A stretch of 64,000 nt of DNA from Alphaproteobacteria bacterium (lineage in GTDB: Bacteria > Pseudomonadota > Alphaproteobacteria > MPNO01 > UBA830): contig OZ251539.1 in NCBI GenBank assembly GCA_965243135.1, forward strand, positions 832,001-896,000, in the 5' to 3' direction. Positions 29,779-42,340 of this stretch are shown one piece after another. The position numbers and the translations under genes were made by a program. Positions within the stretch are counted from its first letter, which is position 1; each line of letters begins with the position of its first letter. The notes beneath the pieces were generated by a model that was not told where the DNA came from, made no database searches, and worked only from the letters and a program-made list of their open reading frames with translations.

Positions 29779-30675
29779 TCAAGAGGCGCCGTGCCGTTTC
29801 AGCCACTCTCCGAGGCGTTTCCACCCGTCCATGGCGGCCGTTTCGCGGTAGCTCGGACGGTAGTCGGCATGAAACCCGTGCGGCGCGTCCGGATAGATGA
29901 CGATCTCGACCTTGTCGTTTCCGGCCGCCTTGACCGCCGCTTCCATGTCCCTGACCGTCTTGACCGGTATGCCCCGATCCTGTCCGCCGTAGAGGCCGAG
30001 AACGGGCGACTTGATCTTGCGGGCGACATCGATGGGATAGGTCGGCGTGTTCGGATTCTTGTCCCGCGCCACGATGCGTCCGTACCAGGCGACGCCGGCT
30101 TTGAGCGCGGGATTGTGGGCGGCGTACATCCAGACGATGCGCCCGCCCCAGCAGAACCCGGTGATCGCGAGCTTGTCGGCGTCGCCGCCGTTGCGTCCCG
30201 CGAACTTCGCCGCCGCGTCCAGATCCGACATGACCTGCTTGTCCGGGACCTTGGCCACCAGTTCGGCGATCAACTTGCGGATTTCCTTGAACGTGTACCG
30301 CGAAGGATCTCCCTGGCGATGGTAGAGTTCGGGCGCGATGGCGAGATGTCCCATCTTGCCGAGTCGGCGGCATACGTCCTTGATGTGTTCGTGCACGCCG
30401 AAAATCTCTTGCGCCACGAGAATCACCGGGTGGTTCGCGCCGGTCGCCGGCATGGCCATATAGGCAGGTATGTTGCCGTCCGGGGTCGGCACCGTGACCA
30501 TGCCGCCCTTCAGGCCAGCCATGTCGGTCTTTATCGTCGCGGCGCGGGCGGGACGCACCGCAAGCGCGAACCCCGTCGTGACGGTGGCGCCGGCGAGAAA
30601 AATGCGCCGGGAGACGCTGGTTTCCGGCAGCAGGCTTTTCATGTCGGAGTCGCGGATGATGTCGTCGAACGGCAT
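29779..30675 (-). CDS. Dienelactone hydrolase family protein with Tat-type signal
   Basis: QEIFGVHEHIKDVCRR, GFCWGG and HGFHADYRPSY motifs; SRRIFL..ARA signal. Confidence 0.92.
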   Translation of the reverse strand: MPFDDIIRDSDMKSLLPETSVSRRIFLAGATVTTGFALAVRPARAATIKTDMAGLKGGMVTVPTPDGNIPAYMAMPATGANHPVILVAQEIFGVHEHIKDVCRRLGKMGHLAIAPELYHRQGDPSRYTFKEIRKLIAELVAKVPDKQVMSDLDAAAKFAGRNGGDADKLAITGFCWGGRIVWMYAAHNPALKAGVAWYGRIVARDKNPNTPTYPIDVARKIKSPVLGLYGGQDRGIPVKTVRDMEAAVKAAGNDKVEIVIYPDAPHGFHADYRPSYRETAAMDGWKRLGEWLKRHGAS

Positions 30676-30858
30676 TTCGGATCTCCTTTCGCTCGGAGCG
30701 CTCATTCTGCGCCAGGTTTATGCCGCGCGCAAGGATTCACGATCTCGTTCGCCGGATTCCGTCGCGAGTTGCCGGTCGAAAACGGGGACCGTTCGCGCGG
30801 CCCGGGCGGTCGCCGTCGGTTGCGCAACCGTGGACAATCGCCGCCGGCGGAATGGCGG

Positions 30859-31326
30859 TCAGTTTCCGAATTCGAGAATCGCCTCGATCTCCACGCAGAA
30901 ACCGCGCGGCAATTCATGCATTCCGACCGCGGATCGCGCATGCCGGCCAGCTTCCGGCCCGAAGATTTCCAGCAGCAGGTCCGACGCGCCGTCGATCACC
31001 GCGAATTGACGGTCGAAGCCGGCTGCGGAATTGACCATTCCGAAGACCTTGACGACCTGCGTGATCCGGTCGAGCGAGCCGAGCCTCCGTTGCGCCGTCG
31101 CGAGGATGCTGAGCGCCGTGGCGCGGGCGGAATCGCGGGCTTCCGCTTCGCTGATCGCGCCGCCGACCTTGCCGACGACCTTCACTCCGAAATTCTCGGG
31201 CGGCGGGTGGCCGGATACGAAGAGCAGATTTCCCGACGCGACGCATCCCGTCCTGTTGGCGCTCGGATAGACGAAAGGCCGCGGAAGCGAGAGGCCGAGC
31301 GCCGCGAGACGGTCGGCGGGATTCAC
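30859..31326 (-). CDS. RidA family protein
   Basis: LFVSGH, VKVFGMVNS, IDGASDLL.EIFG..GRHARSAVG and VEIEAI motifs. GTGA coupling to the upstream gene. Confidence 0.88.
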   Translation of the reverse strand: MNPADRLAALGLSLPRPFVYPSANRTGCVASGNLLFVSGHPPPENFGVKVVGKVGGAISEAEARDSARATALSILATAQRRLGSLDRITQVVKVFGMVNSAAGFDRQFAVIDGASDLLLEIFGPEAGRHARSAVGMHELPRGFCVEIEAILEFGN

Positions 31327-33482
31327 GCGGTCGCCCGCAAGGGAATGTCGTCCGGGCGCAGCGGGGTTATCCGGCACGGCAGGCCGCGCGTATCGGCGGA
31401 ACCGGTAACCGGATCCCAGGGACCGTCGTAGGACAGGGCGGCGTTCACGTTCACCTCCAGAGCGCCGCGCTCGGGACCCGGCGCTTCCGGAAGCCACCAG
31501 CCCATGCCGGTGCGGACGACGCCGGACGCCGTCTCTTCGGTGATCTTGACCTTGAGCTTGCAACTCCCGTCGGGCGTCTCCAGGGCGACCCAATCGTCGT
31601 TCCGCAGCGCCATTTCCGCGGCCGTCTCCGGATGCACCTGAAGAAGCGGGAAAGGCGAAATCTTGCGCGCCCACGCCTGATCCCGATACCGGGAATGGTG
31701 ATAGGTCTTCTCGCGCGCTCCGGTAATCAGGGTCAGCGGATAGGCGCCGCGCGTCGCCGCTTCGACTCGTTCGACTCGGGGCGGCGCGAATGCGGGCAAT
31801 GGGTCGACCCCGATCTCTTCGAGAATTCCTGATCGAAGCTCGATCTTGCCCGAGGGGGTCGGAAAGCCCGTTTTCCCGAAATCGCGAAGCGCGCAATCGA
31901 ACCTCGCCCAGCCCTGCTTTTCGAGGAGCGCCCAGTCCACTTCGTCGCCGAGCAGGAAGCGGTTGAATTCCCGCTTGGATTCCCAGGGAAAAAAGCGTCG
32001 CGCATCGACGCCGCGCGCCTCGAGTCTGCGCGCGAGATCGACGGTCAAATCGAAATCCGAGCGCGCTTCGCCCTCGGGCGTCTTCACCGGGGCGGTATAG
32101 CTGACGATCCGCGCCGAAGGATCGAGCGAGATTTCCTCCTCTTCCAGCCCGGTCGTCTTGGGCAGCACGAGGTCGGCGAGTTCGGCCGTGGGCGTCATCG
32201 TGTGCGTTGCGACGGCGAGAAAATCGAGGGACTCGAGCGCCGCCATGACCTTGCGCGCATCGGGATAGGTAACGGCGATATTCACGCCCGAGACATACAT
32301 GGCGCGGACAGGATACGGCCTTCCGGTCAGGATCGCGTCGAGCGCGGTCGGATTATGGGCCGACGTCTGCCAGCCCCGGGCTCCCGCCCACAACGGAAAC
32401 CTGTCGGCGCCGAGCGCGCGCCGCGAGACTTCGGGCGGCAACGCGAAGGCGGGATCGTGGAGGAGGTCGATGTAGTTGCGGAAACCGCTCGGACGCTTGA
32501 CGCGGAGATTGCCGCCGCGGCGGTCGACGTTGCCGGTGATGGCGGTCAGGCAATGGAAAGCGCGAAACGTCTGCACGCCGTTGGAAAACGCGTCGATGCC
32601 GTGGCCGGAGACGAAGCAGGACGGGCCGTCCGCGTACATGCGCGCCGCCGAAGCGATAAGGTCGGCGGGCACGCCGGAGAGCGCGGCCGCGCGGGCGGGC
32701 GGGAATTCCGCGGCGCGCGCCGCGAGAGCGTCGAAACCGTGCGTCCACTTCTCGACGAAGTCTCGATCATGGAGTCGCTCTTCGACGATAACGTGGATCA
32801 TTGCGAGGCCGACGGCGGCGTCCGTGCCGGGCCGGGGCCTGAGCCAGAGATCCGCGATACGGGCCGCCGGCGTGCGCGCGGTATCGATGACGATGATCCG
32901 GGCGCCGTTCTTTCTCGCGCGCTTCAGCGCCATCCATTGCACCGGATCGGCGGCGGACGGATTGCGGCCGACCAACAGGGCGCAGCGGGTATTCTCCACG
33001 TCCTCGCCGCCGACGATGCCAAGGCCCGTAACCTTGTCCGACAGCGCCCGGCAACCGCCGCACAGGTCCTGGTTCATCATCCAGTTGGGCGACCCGAGGG
33101 CGCGCATGAGCAGCGCGACCATGGCGCCGCGGCTGAAGAACGCGCTCGAAACCGCCCCCACCAACGCCTCCGCGCCGTATTCGGCGCGGACAGCGAGCAA
33201 CCGGTCCGCCATTTCGTCGAGCGCGTCGTCCCAGGAGATCTCCGACCAGGCGCCGGAGCCGCGCGAGCCCGCGCGCCGCAGCGGGCGGAGGACGCGGCTG
33301 GTCCCGTAGGTCAGTTCGGGCAATCCGCGGATGCCCTTGACGCAGAACGCTCCCTTGGATCCCGGATGGTCTTGATTGGGGCCGATCTTGGAGACGCGCC
33401 CGTCCTCGATCGTTATCAGGGAGCCGCAGCGGGTGCTGCATTCCCAGCATGTGCTCGGATAGGTACCGTCCGGGTAGGTCAT
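31323..33482 (-). CDS. Molybdopterin oxidoreductase, DMSO reductase family with N-terminal 4Fe-4S
   Basis: CWECSTRC...FCVKG, PRPGTD, ADLVLP, TPSGKIE and molydopterin-binding C-terminus. No Tat signal seen. Confidence 0.9.
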   Translation of the reverse strand: MTYPDGTYPSTCWECSTRCGSLITIEDGRVSKIGPNQDHPGSKGAFCVKGIRGLPELTYGTSRVLRPLRRAGSRGSGAWSEISWDDALDEMADRLLAVRAEYGAEALVGAVSSAFFSRGAMVALLMRALGSPNWMMNQDLCGGCRALSDKVTGLGIVGGEDVENTRCALLVGRNPSAADPVQWMALKRARKNGARIIVIDTARTPAARIADLWLRPRPGTDAAVGLAMIHVIVEERLHDRDFVEKWTHGFDALAARAAEFPPARAAALSGVPADLIASAARMYADGPSCFVSGHGIDAFSNGVQTFRAFHCLTAITGNVDRRGGNLRVKRPSGFRNYIDLLHDPAFALPPEVSRRALGADRFPLWAGARGWQTSAHNPTALDAILTGRPYPVRAMYVSGVNIAVTYPDARKVMAALESLDFLAVATHTMTPTAELADLVLPKTTGLEEEEISLDPSARIVSYTAPVKTPEGEARSDFDLTVDLARRLEARGVDARRFFPWESKREFNRFLLGDEVDWALLEKQGWARFDCALRDFGKTGFPTPSGKIELRSGILEEIGVDPLPAFAPPRVERVEAATRGAYPLTLITGAREKTYHHSRYRDQAWARKISPFPLLQVHPETAAEMALRNDDWVALETPDGSCKLKVKITEETASGVVRTGMGWWLPEAPGPERGALEVNVNAALSYDGPWDPVTGSADTRGLPCRITPLRPDDIPLRATA

Positions 33483-33599
33483 AAAGCGCAGTGTAGCCGA
33501 CGGAGGCCGGGAAGAGAAGATGCGCTTCGCGGCGGCGGAGAGAAGGAATTTTCGACAACGGAAGCCGGTCCCGCAAGCCGCCGAAAAACCGGTCGCGCG

Positions 33600-34361
33600 T
33601 TACGGACCGCTTTCCAGGAAGGCGCCCACGAGCAGGCGGATCGCCAACAGGCAGAGCAGGACCTTAAAGACGGTCCGGAACGCGCGTTCCGGGATTCGGT
33701 CTAGCGCGTTGCGGCCGATCCAGTTGCCGAGCGCCGTGCCCGCGATCATCAGCGCGATCAGCGGAGCATAGGCGCCGACGGCGATTCCGACGAACCCGTA
33801 AGCGATCAGCTTGGCGACGTGGGCGATCGCCATCAGAGTCGACATCGTGGAGACGTGAACGTGGCGGTCGGCGCTGGCATGGGCGACGAACGGCGACAGA
33901 AACGTTCCCGTGGCGCTGACGAATATCCCGATGAAAGTGGTCAGGGCGCCGATCGCGGCGAAGCGCGGCCGCTCCGGCCCGCCGAGCGCGAGTCTCGGCA
34001 TCCATAGAACGGCAAGAATGAAGGCGCCGAGAAGCGCCTGCAGCGTTGCCGCCGACAGGGCGACGAAAACGTGCGCGCCCGCGATGGCCCCGGCTGCGGA
34101 ACCGAGGGCGAACGGCGCGATCAGCTCCTTTTTGACGTAGCGCCACATAAGGAAAGTTCGGCTTGAGCCGGCTCCGAGCTGAACGATGGTATGAACGGGA
34201 ATCAATGCGGTCAGCGGCAGGAAGAAGGTCATGATGGCGAGGAGCAACAGGCCTCCCGCCGTCCCGGTCACGGTGCCGATGAACGTCGTGAGAACCGCTG
34301 CGGCGCATAGCGCGACCGTGTCCCACAGCCCCACGTCGGGCACGCCAAGAAAGTCGGTCAT
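33600..34361 (-). CDS. TauE/SafE-family membrane protein
   Basis: Multi-TM protein with GTAGGLLL and SATG motifs. Confidence 0.8.
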   Translation of the reverse strand: MTDFLGVPDVGLWDTVALCAAAVLTTFIGTVTGTAGGLLLLAIMTFFLPLTALIPVHTIVQLGAGSSRTFLMWRYVKKELIAPFALGSAAGAIAGAHVFVALSAATLQALLGAFILAVLWMPRLALGGPERPRFAAIGALTTFIGIFVSATGTFLSPFVAHASADRHVHVSTMSTLMAIAHVAKLIAYGFVGIAVGAYAPLIALMIAGTALGNWIGRNALDRIPERAFRTVFKVLLCLLAIRLLVGAFLESGP

Positions 34362-34484
34362 ACGCGCGATTCCAGGCGGAGCGTTCGCATAACGGCGACC
34401 CCGCGGCCGCAGGCGTTCCGGCGCCCAAGGCGCCGTTCCGCGCAGGTCGCAGCGGTTCTCCGTCGCGCCGCTCGGCGGACAAGG

Positions 34485-34558
34485 TGGCTGGGGAACCTGG
34501 ATTCGAACCAGGACCAAGCGGGTCAGAGCCGCCCGTTCTACCGTTAAACTATTCCCCA
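34485..34558 (-). tRNA. trnQ: tRNA-Gln(CTG)
   Basis: TGGGGAATAGTTTAACGGTAGAAC-GGGCGG-CTCTGAC-CCGCTT-GGTCCTGGTTCGAATCCAGG-TTCCCCAGCCA; 74 nt with encoded CCA. Confidence 0.96.
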
Positions 34559-34921
34559 GAAGCGGAGCCGAACCAGCCTGCGACGCGCATCATATAGCAT
34601 GCGGCCGCCAGGGAACAAGGCCGTTCGAAAACGACCGCGGTTCGCAGCTTGGGGATGCGGCACTGCGGGGGTCTCCGCCATCGCCTTGTCCGGCGCCCGG
34701 CGACGGTTATGTCGCGGCAGGCCGGGCGGAGTTCAGGCCGGAGGCAGCGGGCCGGCAGTGAAGGTTTGACCCGGAACGGTGGGTTGTCGCCGAGCTTGTC
34801 GGGCGCCGCGGGCTCGCGGAACGCGCTTTGCGCGCGCGGCCGTGAGGCGGCGGCGGTTGGTATTGCCGGCGGATGCTGTATTTTTCGCCGATCGGGAGAA
34901 GGGCAAGAGGAGGAACGGAGC

Positions 34922-35928
34922 GTGTCGGCGAAGCCCTCAAGGAATCGCCGTTTTCGTCGGCGTCATGAACGGCTCGCCGCCGTAGACCTCGGAACCAACA
35001 ACTGCAGGCTGCTGATCGCTCAACGCGTCCGCCACGGATTCGAGGTAATCGACAGCTATTCGCGGATCGTTCGCCTGGGACAGGGAGTGAGCGAAGCGGG
35101 CGAGTTGTCGGAAGAGGCCATCTCGCGCACGATAGACGCGCTCGGCGCCTGCGCCAGCAAGATGCGGCGGCAGCGCGTATCGAGGTACAGGGGCGTGGCT
35201 ACCGAAGCGGCTCGGGCGGCGCGCAACCGGGACGATTTCGTCGCCCGGGTCCGCCGGGAGACCGGAATCAGACTCGAGATCATTTCCTCGAAGGAAGAAG
35301 CGGAACTGACGCTGACGGGTTGCCGTTCGCTTCTCGACGCCGGCCGCGGCCACGCCCTGATGTTCGACGTCGGAGGCGGCAGCGCGGAATTCGTATGGGC
35401 CCGGACGGCCGGCGGCGTTTCGATCGAGGGCTGGACGTCGCTGCCCTGCGGCGTGGTCACGCTGACGGAAAAACTCGGCGGGAGCGATTTCACCCAGAGG
35501 GAATACGATGCGGTCGTGCGGCACGTCATGGATCTGCTGCTGCCTTTCGACCTCGAGTTCGGGATTTCGCAAAGGATTCGGGAGGGCGGCGTTCAGATGC
35601 TGGGCACCGCCGGCGCCGTGACGACCGTCGCCGCCGTAAGCATGTCGCTTCCGTCCTACAAGCGCTCGCGGGTCGACGGGTCCCTGCTTGAATTCGACGC
35701 GGCGCGAAAGGTCAGCCGCGAACTCGCCGCCAACAACTACGCCGAGCGCGTCGCCAACCCCTGCATCGGCCGCAGCCGGGCCGACCTCGTCGTCGCGGGA
35801 TGCGCCGTTCTCGAAGCCGTATTTCGCACCTGGCCCGTCGGGCGGCTGCGGGTGGCGGACAGGGGGTTGAGGGAAGGGATCCTGAACGTCCTGGCCTCGT
35901 CCGGGTCCGGAATCCGGGAGGAACGGTT

Positions 35929-35932
<4 letters not shown>
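34922..35932 (+). CDS. Ppx/GppA phosphatase family
   Basis: AVDLGTNNCRLL, VATEAAR, FDVGGGS and VADRGLREG motifs. Confidence 0.92.
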
Positions 35933-38143
<2,211 letters not shown>

Positions 38144-38147
38144 TTTC

Positions 38148-38693
38148 TTGACGGATTCGTCGCTGCAGGCGGACATTCGCGCCGCGAGGATCGAGGACGC
38201 CTCCTCCATCGCCGCCGTGCAGGCGGACAGCTGGCGTTCGACCTATGCCGGAATCCTGCCGGAAGATGCGCTGCTCGGCGAGACGCTTGGAGATTCGCGC
38301 CGGTGGCGGCAGGCGCTGAGCCGTTTCCGGCGCGACCGGTTCGTCTACGTGGCGGAGGATGGGCGCGGCGAAGTCGTGGGGTATGCAAGCGCCGGAGCTT
38401 CGAGGTGTCCGGCGTTGCCGTACCGCGCCGAGGTCTACGCGCTCTATCTGCGGGACGAGTATCACGGCCGCGGCATCGGACGCGAACTTTTCGCCACGGC
38501 GGCGGTCGAAGCCGGGAAAGCGCACGGGCCGTCCCTGCTCGTATGGTGCCTCGACGCCAACCCCTCGCGCTTTTTCTACGAACGCATGAACGGGGTGCTG
38601 GCCGCGCGCCGGCCGAGCGGCGGCGCGAGGTTCGAGGAATTGGGCTACGCATGGAACGACGTTGCGGCGCTGGCCCCTTGGTCGCGCGCATGA
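38148..38693 (+). CDS. GNAT family N-acetyltransferase
   Basis: [14 protein letters not shown]...[10 protein letters not shown] and [10 protein letters not shown] motifs. TTG start inferred. Confidence 0.85.
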   Translation: MTDSSLQADIRAARIEDASSIAAVQADSWRSTYAGILPEDALLGETLGDSRRWRQALSRFRRDRFVYVAEDGRGEVVGYASAGASRCPALPYRAEVYALYLRDEYHGRGIGRELFATAAVEAGKAHGPSLLVWCLDANPSRFFYERMNGVLAARRPSGGARFEELGYAWNDVAALAPWSRA

Positions 38694-38706
38694 CCGCCGC
38701 CGGTGG

Positions 38707-40281
38707 ATGCGTTCCCTGAAAAGCGTTCCGGAGGCTGACTGCGTCCTGATCGTCGATTTCGGATCGCAGGTCACCCAGCTAATCGCCCGCCGGGTTCGCG
38801 AGATCGGCGTCTATTGCGAGATCCATCCGTTCAGCCGCGTCACCGCCCGAACGCTCCGCGACCTCGCCCCCCGAGGGATCGTTCTTTCCGGCGGCCCGGC
38901 GTCGGTCGTCGACGCCGCTCCGCCGCGCGCGCCGCGCGCCGTGTTCGATGCGGGCGTGCCCGTTCTCGGCATCTGTTACGGACAACAGACCATGGTCGAG
39001 CAACTCGGCGGAAAGGTGTTCAGAGCCGACCGGCGCGGCTTCGGCCGCGCGACTTTGCGGGTGGTCGACGATTGCGCTCTGTTCGACGGCGTCTGGAGCA
39101 AGGGCGCGGAAGAGCAGGTGTGGATGAGCCACGGCGACCGGGTCGAGGCTCTGCCCGACGGGTTTCGCGTCGTCGGGGCGAGCGAAAGCGCGCCCTTCGC
39201 CGCGATCGCCGACGACGAACGGCGATTCTACGCGGTGCAGTTTCACCCCGAGGTGGTCCATACGCCGCGCGGCGCGGAGCTTCTCGAGAATTTCGCGTTG
39301 CGCTGCGCCGGTTGCCGCGGCGACTGGACGATGGCGGCGTTCCGGGATCGGGAGATCGCCAAGATCAGGGAGCAAGTAGGCCGGGGCAGGGTTATTTGCG
39401 GCCTGTCCGGCGGCGTGGATTCCGCCGTCGCCGCGCTCCTGCTGCATGAAGCGGTCGGCGACCGGCTTATCTGCGTCTTCGTCGACACGGGCATGATGCG
39501 GCTCGGCGAAGCCGAAGAAGTCGTCGGCCTGTTTCGCGGTCACTACAACATACCGCTGGTTCATCGCGACGCGTCCGGCCTTTTCCTGGACAGGCTGTCC
39601 GGCGCGACCGATCCCGAACGCAAGCGCAAGATCATCGGCGAGACGTTCGTCGGCGTTTTCGAGGAGGAGGCGGAAAAGGCCGGCGGCGCGGATTTTCTGG
39701 CCCAGGGAACGCTCTATCCCGACGTGATCGAGTCGGTTTCGTTTCACGGCGGTCCCAGCGCGACGATCAAGTCGCATCACAATGTCGGAGGGCTGCCGGA
39801 GAGGATGAACATGGCGCTCGTCGAGCCGTTGCGCGAACTTTTCAAGGACGAGGTCCGGCGGCTCGGTCGCGAACTCGGCCTTTCGGAGCGTTTCGTCGAC
39901 CGCCATCCGTTTCCCGGGCCGGGACTCGCCGTGCGCATTCCCGGCGAGGTCACCCGGGACAAGCTCGACATTCTGCGGCGGGCGGACGCGATCTATCTCG
40001 AGGAGATCCGGAAGGCAGGCCTTTACGGCGACATATGGCAGGCCTTCGCCGTATTGCTGCCGGTGCAGACGGTCGGCGTGATGGGAGACGCCCGAACCTA
40101 CGACTACGCCTGCTCGCTCCGGGCGGTGACCTCGACGGACGGGATGACGGCGGACTTCTATCCCTTCGATGCGGCGTTTCTGGGACGCGCCGCCAACCGC
40201 ATCGTAAACGAGGTGCGCGGCATCAACAGGGTTCTTTACGACGTGACGTCCAAGCCGCCGGCGACCATCGAATGGGAGTAG
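38707..40281 (+). CDS. guaA: GMP synthase (glutamine-hydrolysing)
   Basis: DFGSQ, GICYG, QFHPE, SGGVDS, IKSHHN and KPPATIEWE motifs. Confidence 0.98.
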   Translation: MRSLKSVPEADCVLIVDFGSQVTQLIARRVREIGVYCEIHPFSRVTARTLRDLAPRGIVLSGGPASVVDAAPPRAPRAVFDAGVPVLGICYGQQTMVEQLGGKVFRADRRGFGRATLRVVDDCALFDGVWSKGAEEQVWMSHGDRVEALPDGFRVVGASESAPFAAIADDERRFYAVQFHPEVVHTPRGAELLENFALRCAGCRGDWTMAAFRDREIAKIREQVGRGRVICGLSGGVDSAVAALLLHEAVGDRLICVFVDTGMMRLGEAEEVVGLFRGHYNIPLVHRDASGLFLDRLSGATDPERKRKIIGETFVGVFEEEAEKAGGADFLAQGTLYPDVIESVSFHGGPSATIKSHHNVGGLPERMNMALVEPLRELFKDEVRRLGRELGLSERFVDRHPFPGPGLAVRIPGEVTRDKLDILRRADAIYLEEIRKAGLYGDIWQAFAVLLPVQTVGVMGDARTYDYACSLRAVTSTDGMTADFYPFDAAFLGRAANRIVNEVRGINRVLYDVTSKPPATIEWE

Positions 40282-40565
40282 CCGTCGCCCCGGAGCCGCG
40301 CGGGGACAGGGGGTCTGGGTCGAACTCGCGAGGGGCGCAGCGCGCCCGCGGTTTTCCGCGTGCGCCGGTCGGGACGGCCGAAGTCAGGCAGAAATGCTTG
40401 CCGCCATGCGCCAGCCGTCAAGCGACGTCGGCGGCCCTGTTCCGAGGTTTCGGGAGGCCGGTTCGCCGCGAAACGCATAACTCGGCCATCGTGCGTTCGG
40501 CTCGAAAACGCGGCGACCCGCTCGGGATGCGGGGGCCGGCGCGACATGCGGGCGACGAGCCGTTC

Positions 40566-40880
40566 CTACCGCTCCACCAATACTACGTAATTCCGTTCGA
40601 TCTCGCGGCGGAAACGGTCCGGCAAGACAGCCCAGTCGCGGACTTCGATCAGAAAAGGAATGGTCGTTTCTCTCAGCGCCTCGCGGAATTCGGTCAGACG
40701 ATCGGTCTCGATCTTCCAAAGGCCCGGCCCGCGCAAAACCAGATCCAGATCGCTGCCGTCATGGCTGCGGCCGTTCACGCGGCTGCCGAACGCCCAGACT
40801 TCGACGCCGGGCAGATGCCGATGCAACAGAGCCTCGAGCGTTTCGCGATGTCTGCGGGGGAGGTGGAGCGGTTCAGGCAT
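40566..40880 (-). CDS. Minimal nucleotidyltransferase (MNT/HI0073-like antitoxin)
   Basis: FGS-X10-DLD (GSRVNGRSHDGSDLD); 104 aa. Confidence 0.88.
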   Translation of the reverse strand: MPEPLHLPRRHRETLEALLHRHLPGVEVWAFGSRVNGRSHDGSDLDLVLRGPGLWKIETDRLTEFREALRETTIPFLIEVRDWAVLPDRFRREIERNYVVLVER

Positions 40881-41301
40881 CGCCGCCGTTTTCGATCGTT
40901 TCCGCCAGCGTTCTGGCGTCGGCCAGGAAAGCCGGCAACAGTTTCAAGGTCGTCTCGGCGAATGTCTCGCCGTAGTCATGCGCCGTATCGTTACGATTGT
41001 CGCGGTAATGCAACCAGCGTTCGCACGCCTGCGTATCGATCAGACCATGTTTTGCGGCGTGCCGGAAGACATCCTTGAACGCGAGCCGGTCAACCTGGAG
41101 ATTGCTGGCGAACCAGGGACGCAGGCGTTTCCTCAGCAGTTTGCCGCTTTGCTCCAGAATCAGTTCGAACTCCTTGACGCAGGCCGCGCGGTAAATGTCG
41201 TAAGCGACGCTGTCCGGGCTATGGCGCGCGATTTCCTGGAGGGCGCTTTCGAGCGTGTCCAGGCAGCGCTTGAGAAAGGTTGCATCGATAGTCACGGGCA
41301 T
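40873..41301 (-). CDS. HEPN protein, HI0074-like (HepT-type toxin/NT substrate-binding)
   Basis: ACVKEFEL.LE..GKLL, FKDVFR and RNDTAHDY (RX4HXY). Overlaps the MNT start. Confidence 0.88.
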   Translation of the reverse strand: MPVTIDATFLKRCLDTLESALQEIARHSPDSVAYDIYRAACVKEFELILEQSGKLLRKRLRPWFASNLQVDRLAFKDVFRHAAKHGLIDTQACERWLHYRDNRNDTAHDYGETFAETTLKLLPAFLADARTLAETIENGGDA

Positions 41302-42340
41302 CGTCTCGGGCCGCTCAGGTTCTCGGCGCTTTCCCGGTTCCGCGGAGCGACGCTCCCGCACGGCCGCGGCATCCGGGCAGGCGTTCGAAGGCGCCGGGAG
41401 GCGCCCCGCAGGCAGCTTCTCATATTTCTTTCCTTTCCGTGCAAAACGCTTTTCGGGAGAGGCGCAATGTCCTTTCGGGGTCCGGGCGGCCGGCCCTCGC
41501 CCGCAGGAACGGCGCATTCTCCACCGCTCTGCGGGTTGTCGGCATGGTAGCCATCCGTTCGGGGATCCTGTCAAATCCCGCGAAATCTCCCCAACCGGGG
41601 CGGGCTTTCCCAGGCGCGCCGCGACTGCGACCTCTCCGCCATTGGAAGCGTGGAGCGGGAGTTTCGGGCAAAGAGCGGAAGACCGGCGGAACGAAGCTGC
41701 CGTCGCAGCCCGAACCGCGACTGCGATCGCGCAAAGTACGGATGTTGTCGCGCCGGTTGGCGCGGTCGGACCCGGCTGCCGGAGACCGAAGTTGAGCCGT
41801 AGCGCGCGAGTCGACTCGTTCCCGGCGGCGCGGGGCGGCCCCGGACTCGCCTGCGCCGCTGGCCCTGGTCCAGTTCGCCGCCCGGCATGGACAGGGCAGC
41901 GCGACCCGAGACGGGAACCGCGGCGAGCGTCGCTCGGAGCCGAGAATGAACCGGCGGAGAACCTTCCGTTTCTTCGCAGGCGTTTCAGGCAAGCTCGGCC
42001 GGAGACGGCGACGGGCGGACATCCGCCGGTTTCAACGATTGGTTCCCGGGTTCGCGCAGCGCATTGCCGGCGGAAGGCGCGCCGGGAACGGGGGTCGGTC
42101 CGGGCCTGCGCCGTCTCGGCGTCAGCGCTTCGCGGTCGGCGTCCGGTCGCCGGGTCGAGGCGAACGGCCATGTTCCTGCGGCGCAGGGATGCGCGGCGGC
42201 GGACTTCGCGCAGATGGAGGGACCGGCGCGTCAGGTCGCCGGGGAAGCAGGTTGCGCTGCCTTTCGGCCGCGGCAAACGGATCGTTTGATCCCGCGCCCG
42301 GCCGGGTTATCATGAAGCGAAAAGGATAGGCAGGTTCCGA

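Noticed and set aside
34485-34510. tRNA-Gln as an island attachment site
   Set aside because: No duplicated tRNA 3' end and no integrase were seen in the window.
40260-40281. att duplication of the guaA 3' end
   Set aside because: No convincing downstream copy. The tcgaatgggag match near 5086 lies inside the cupin gene and is probably chance.
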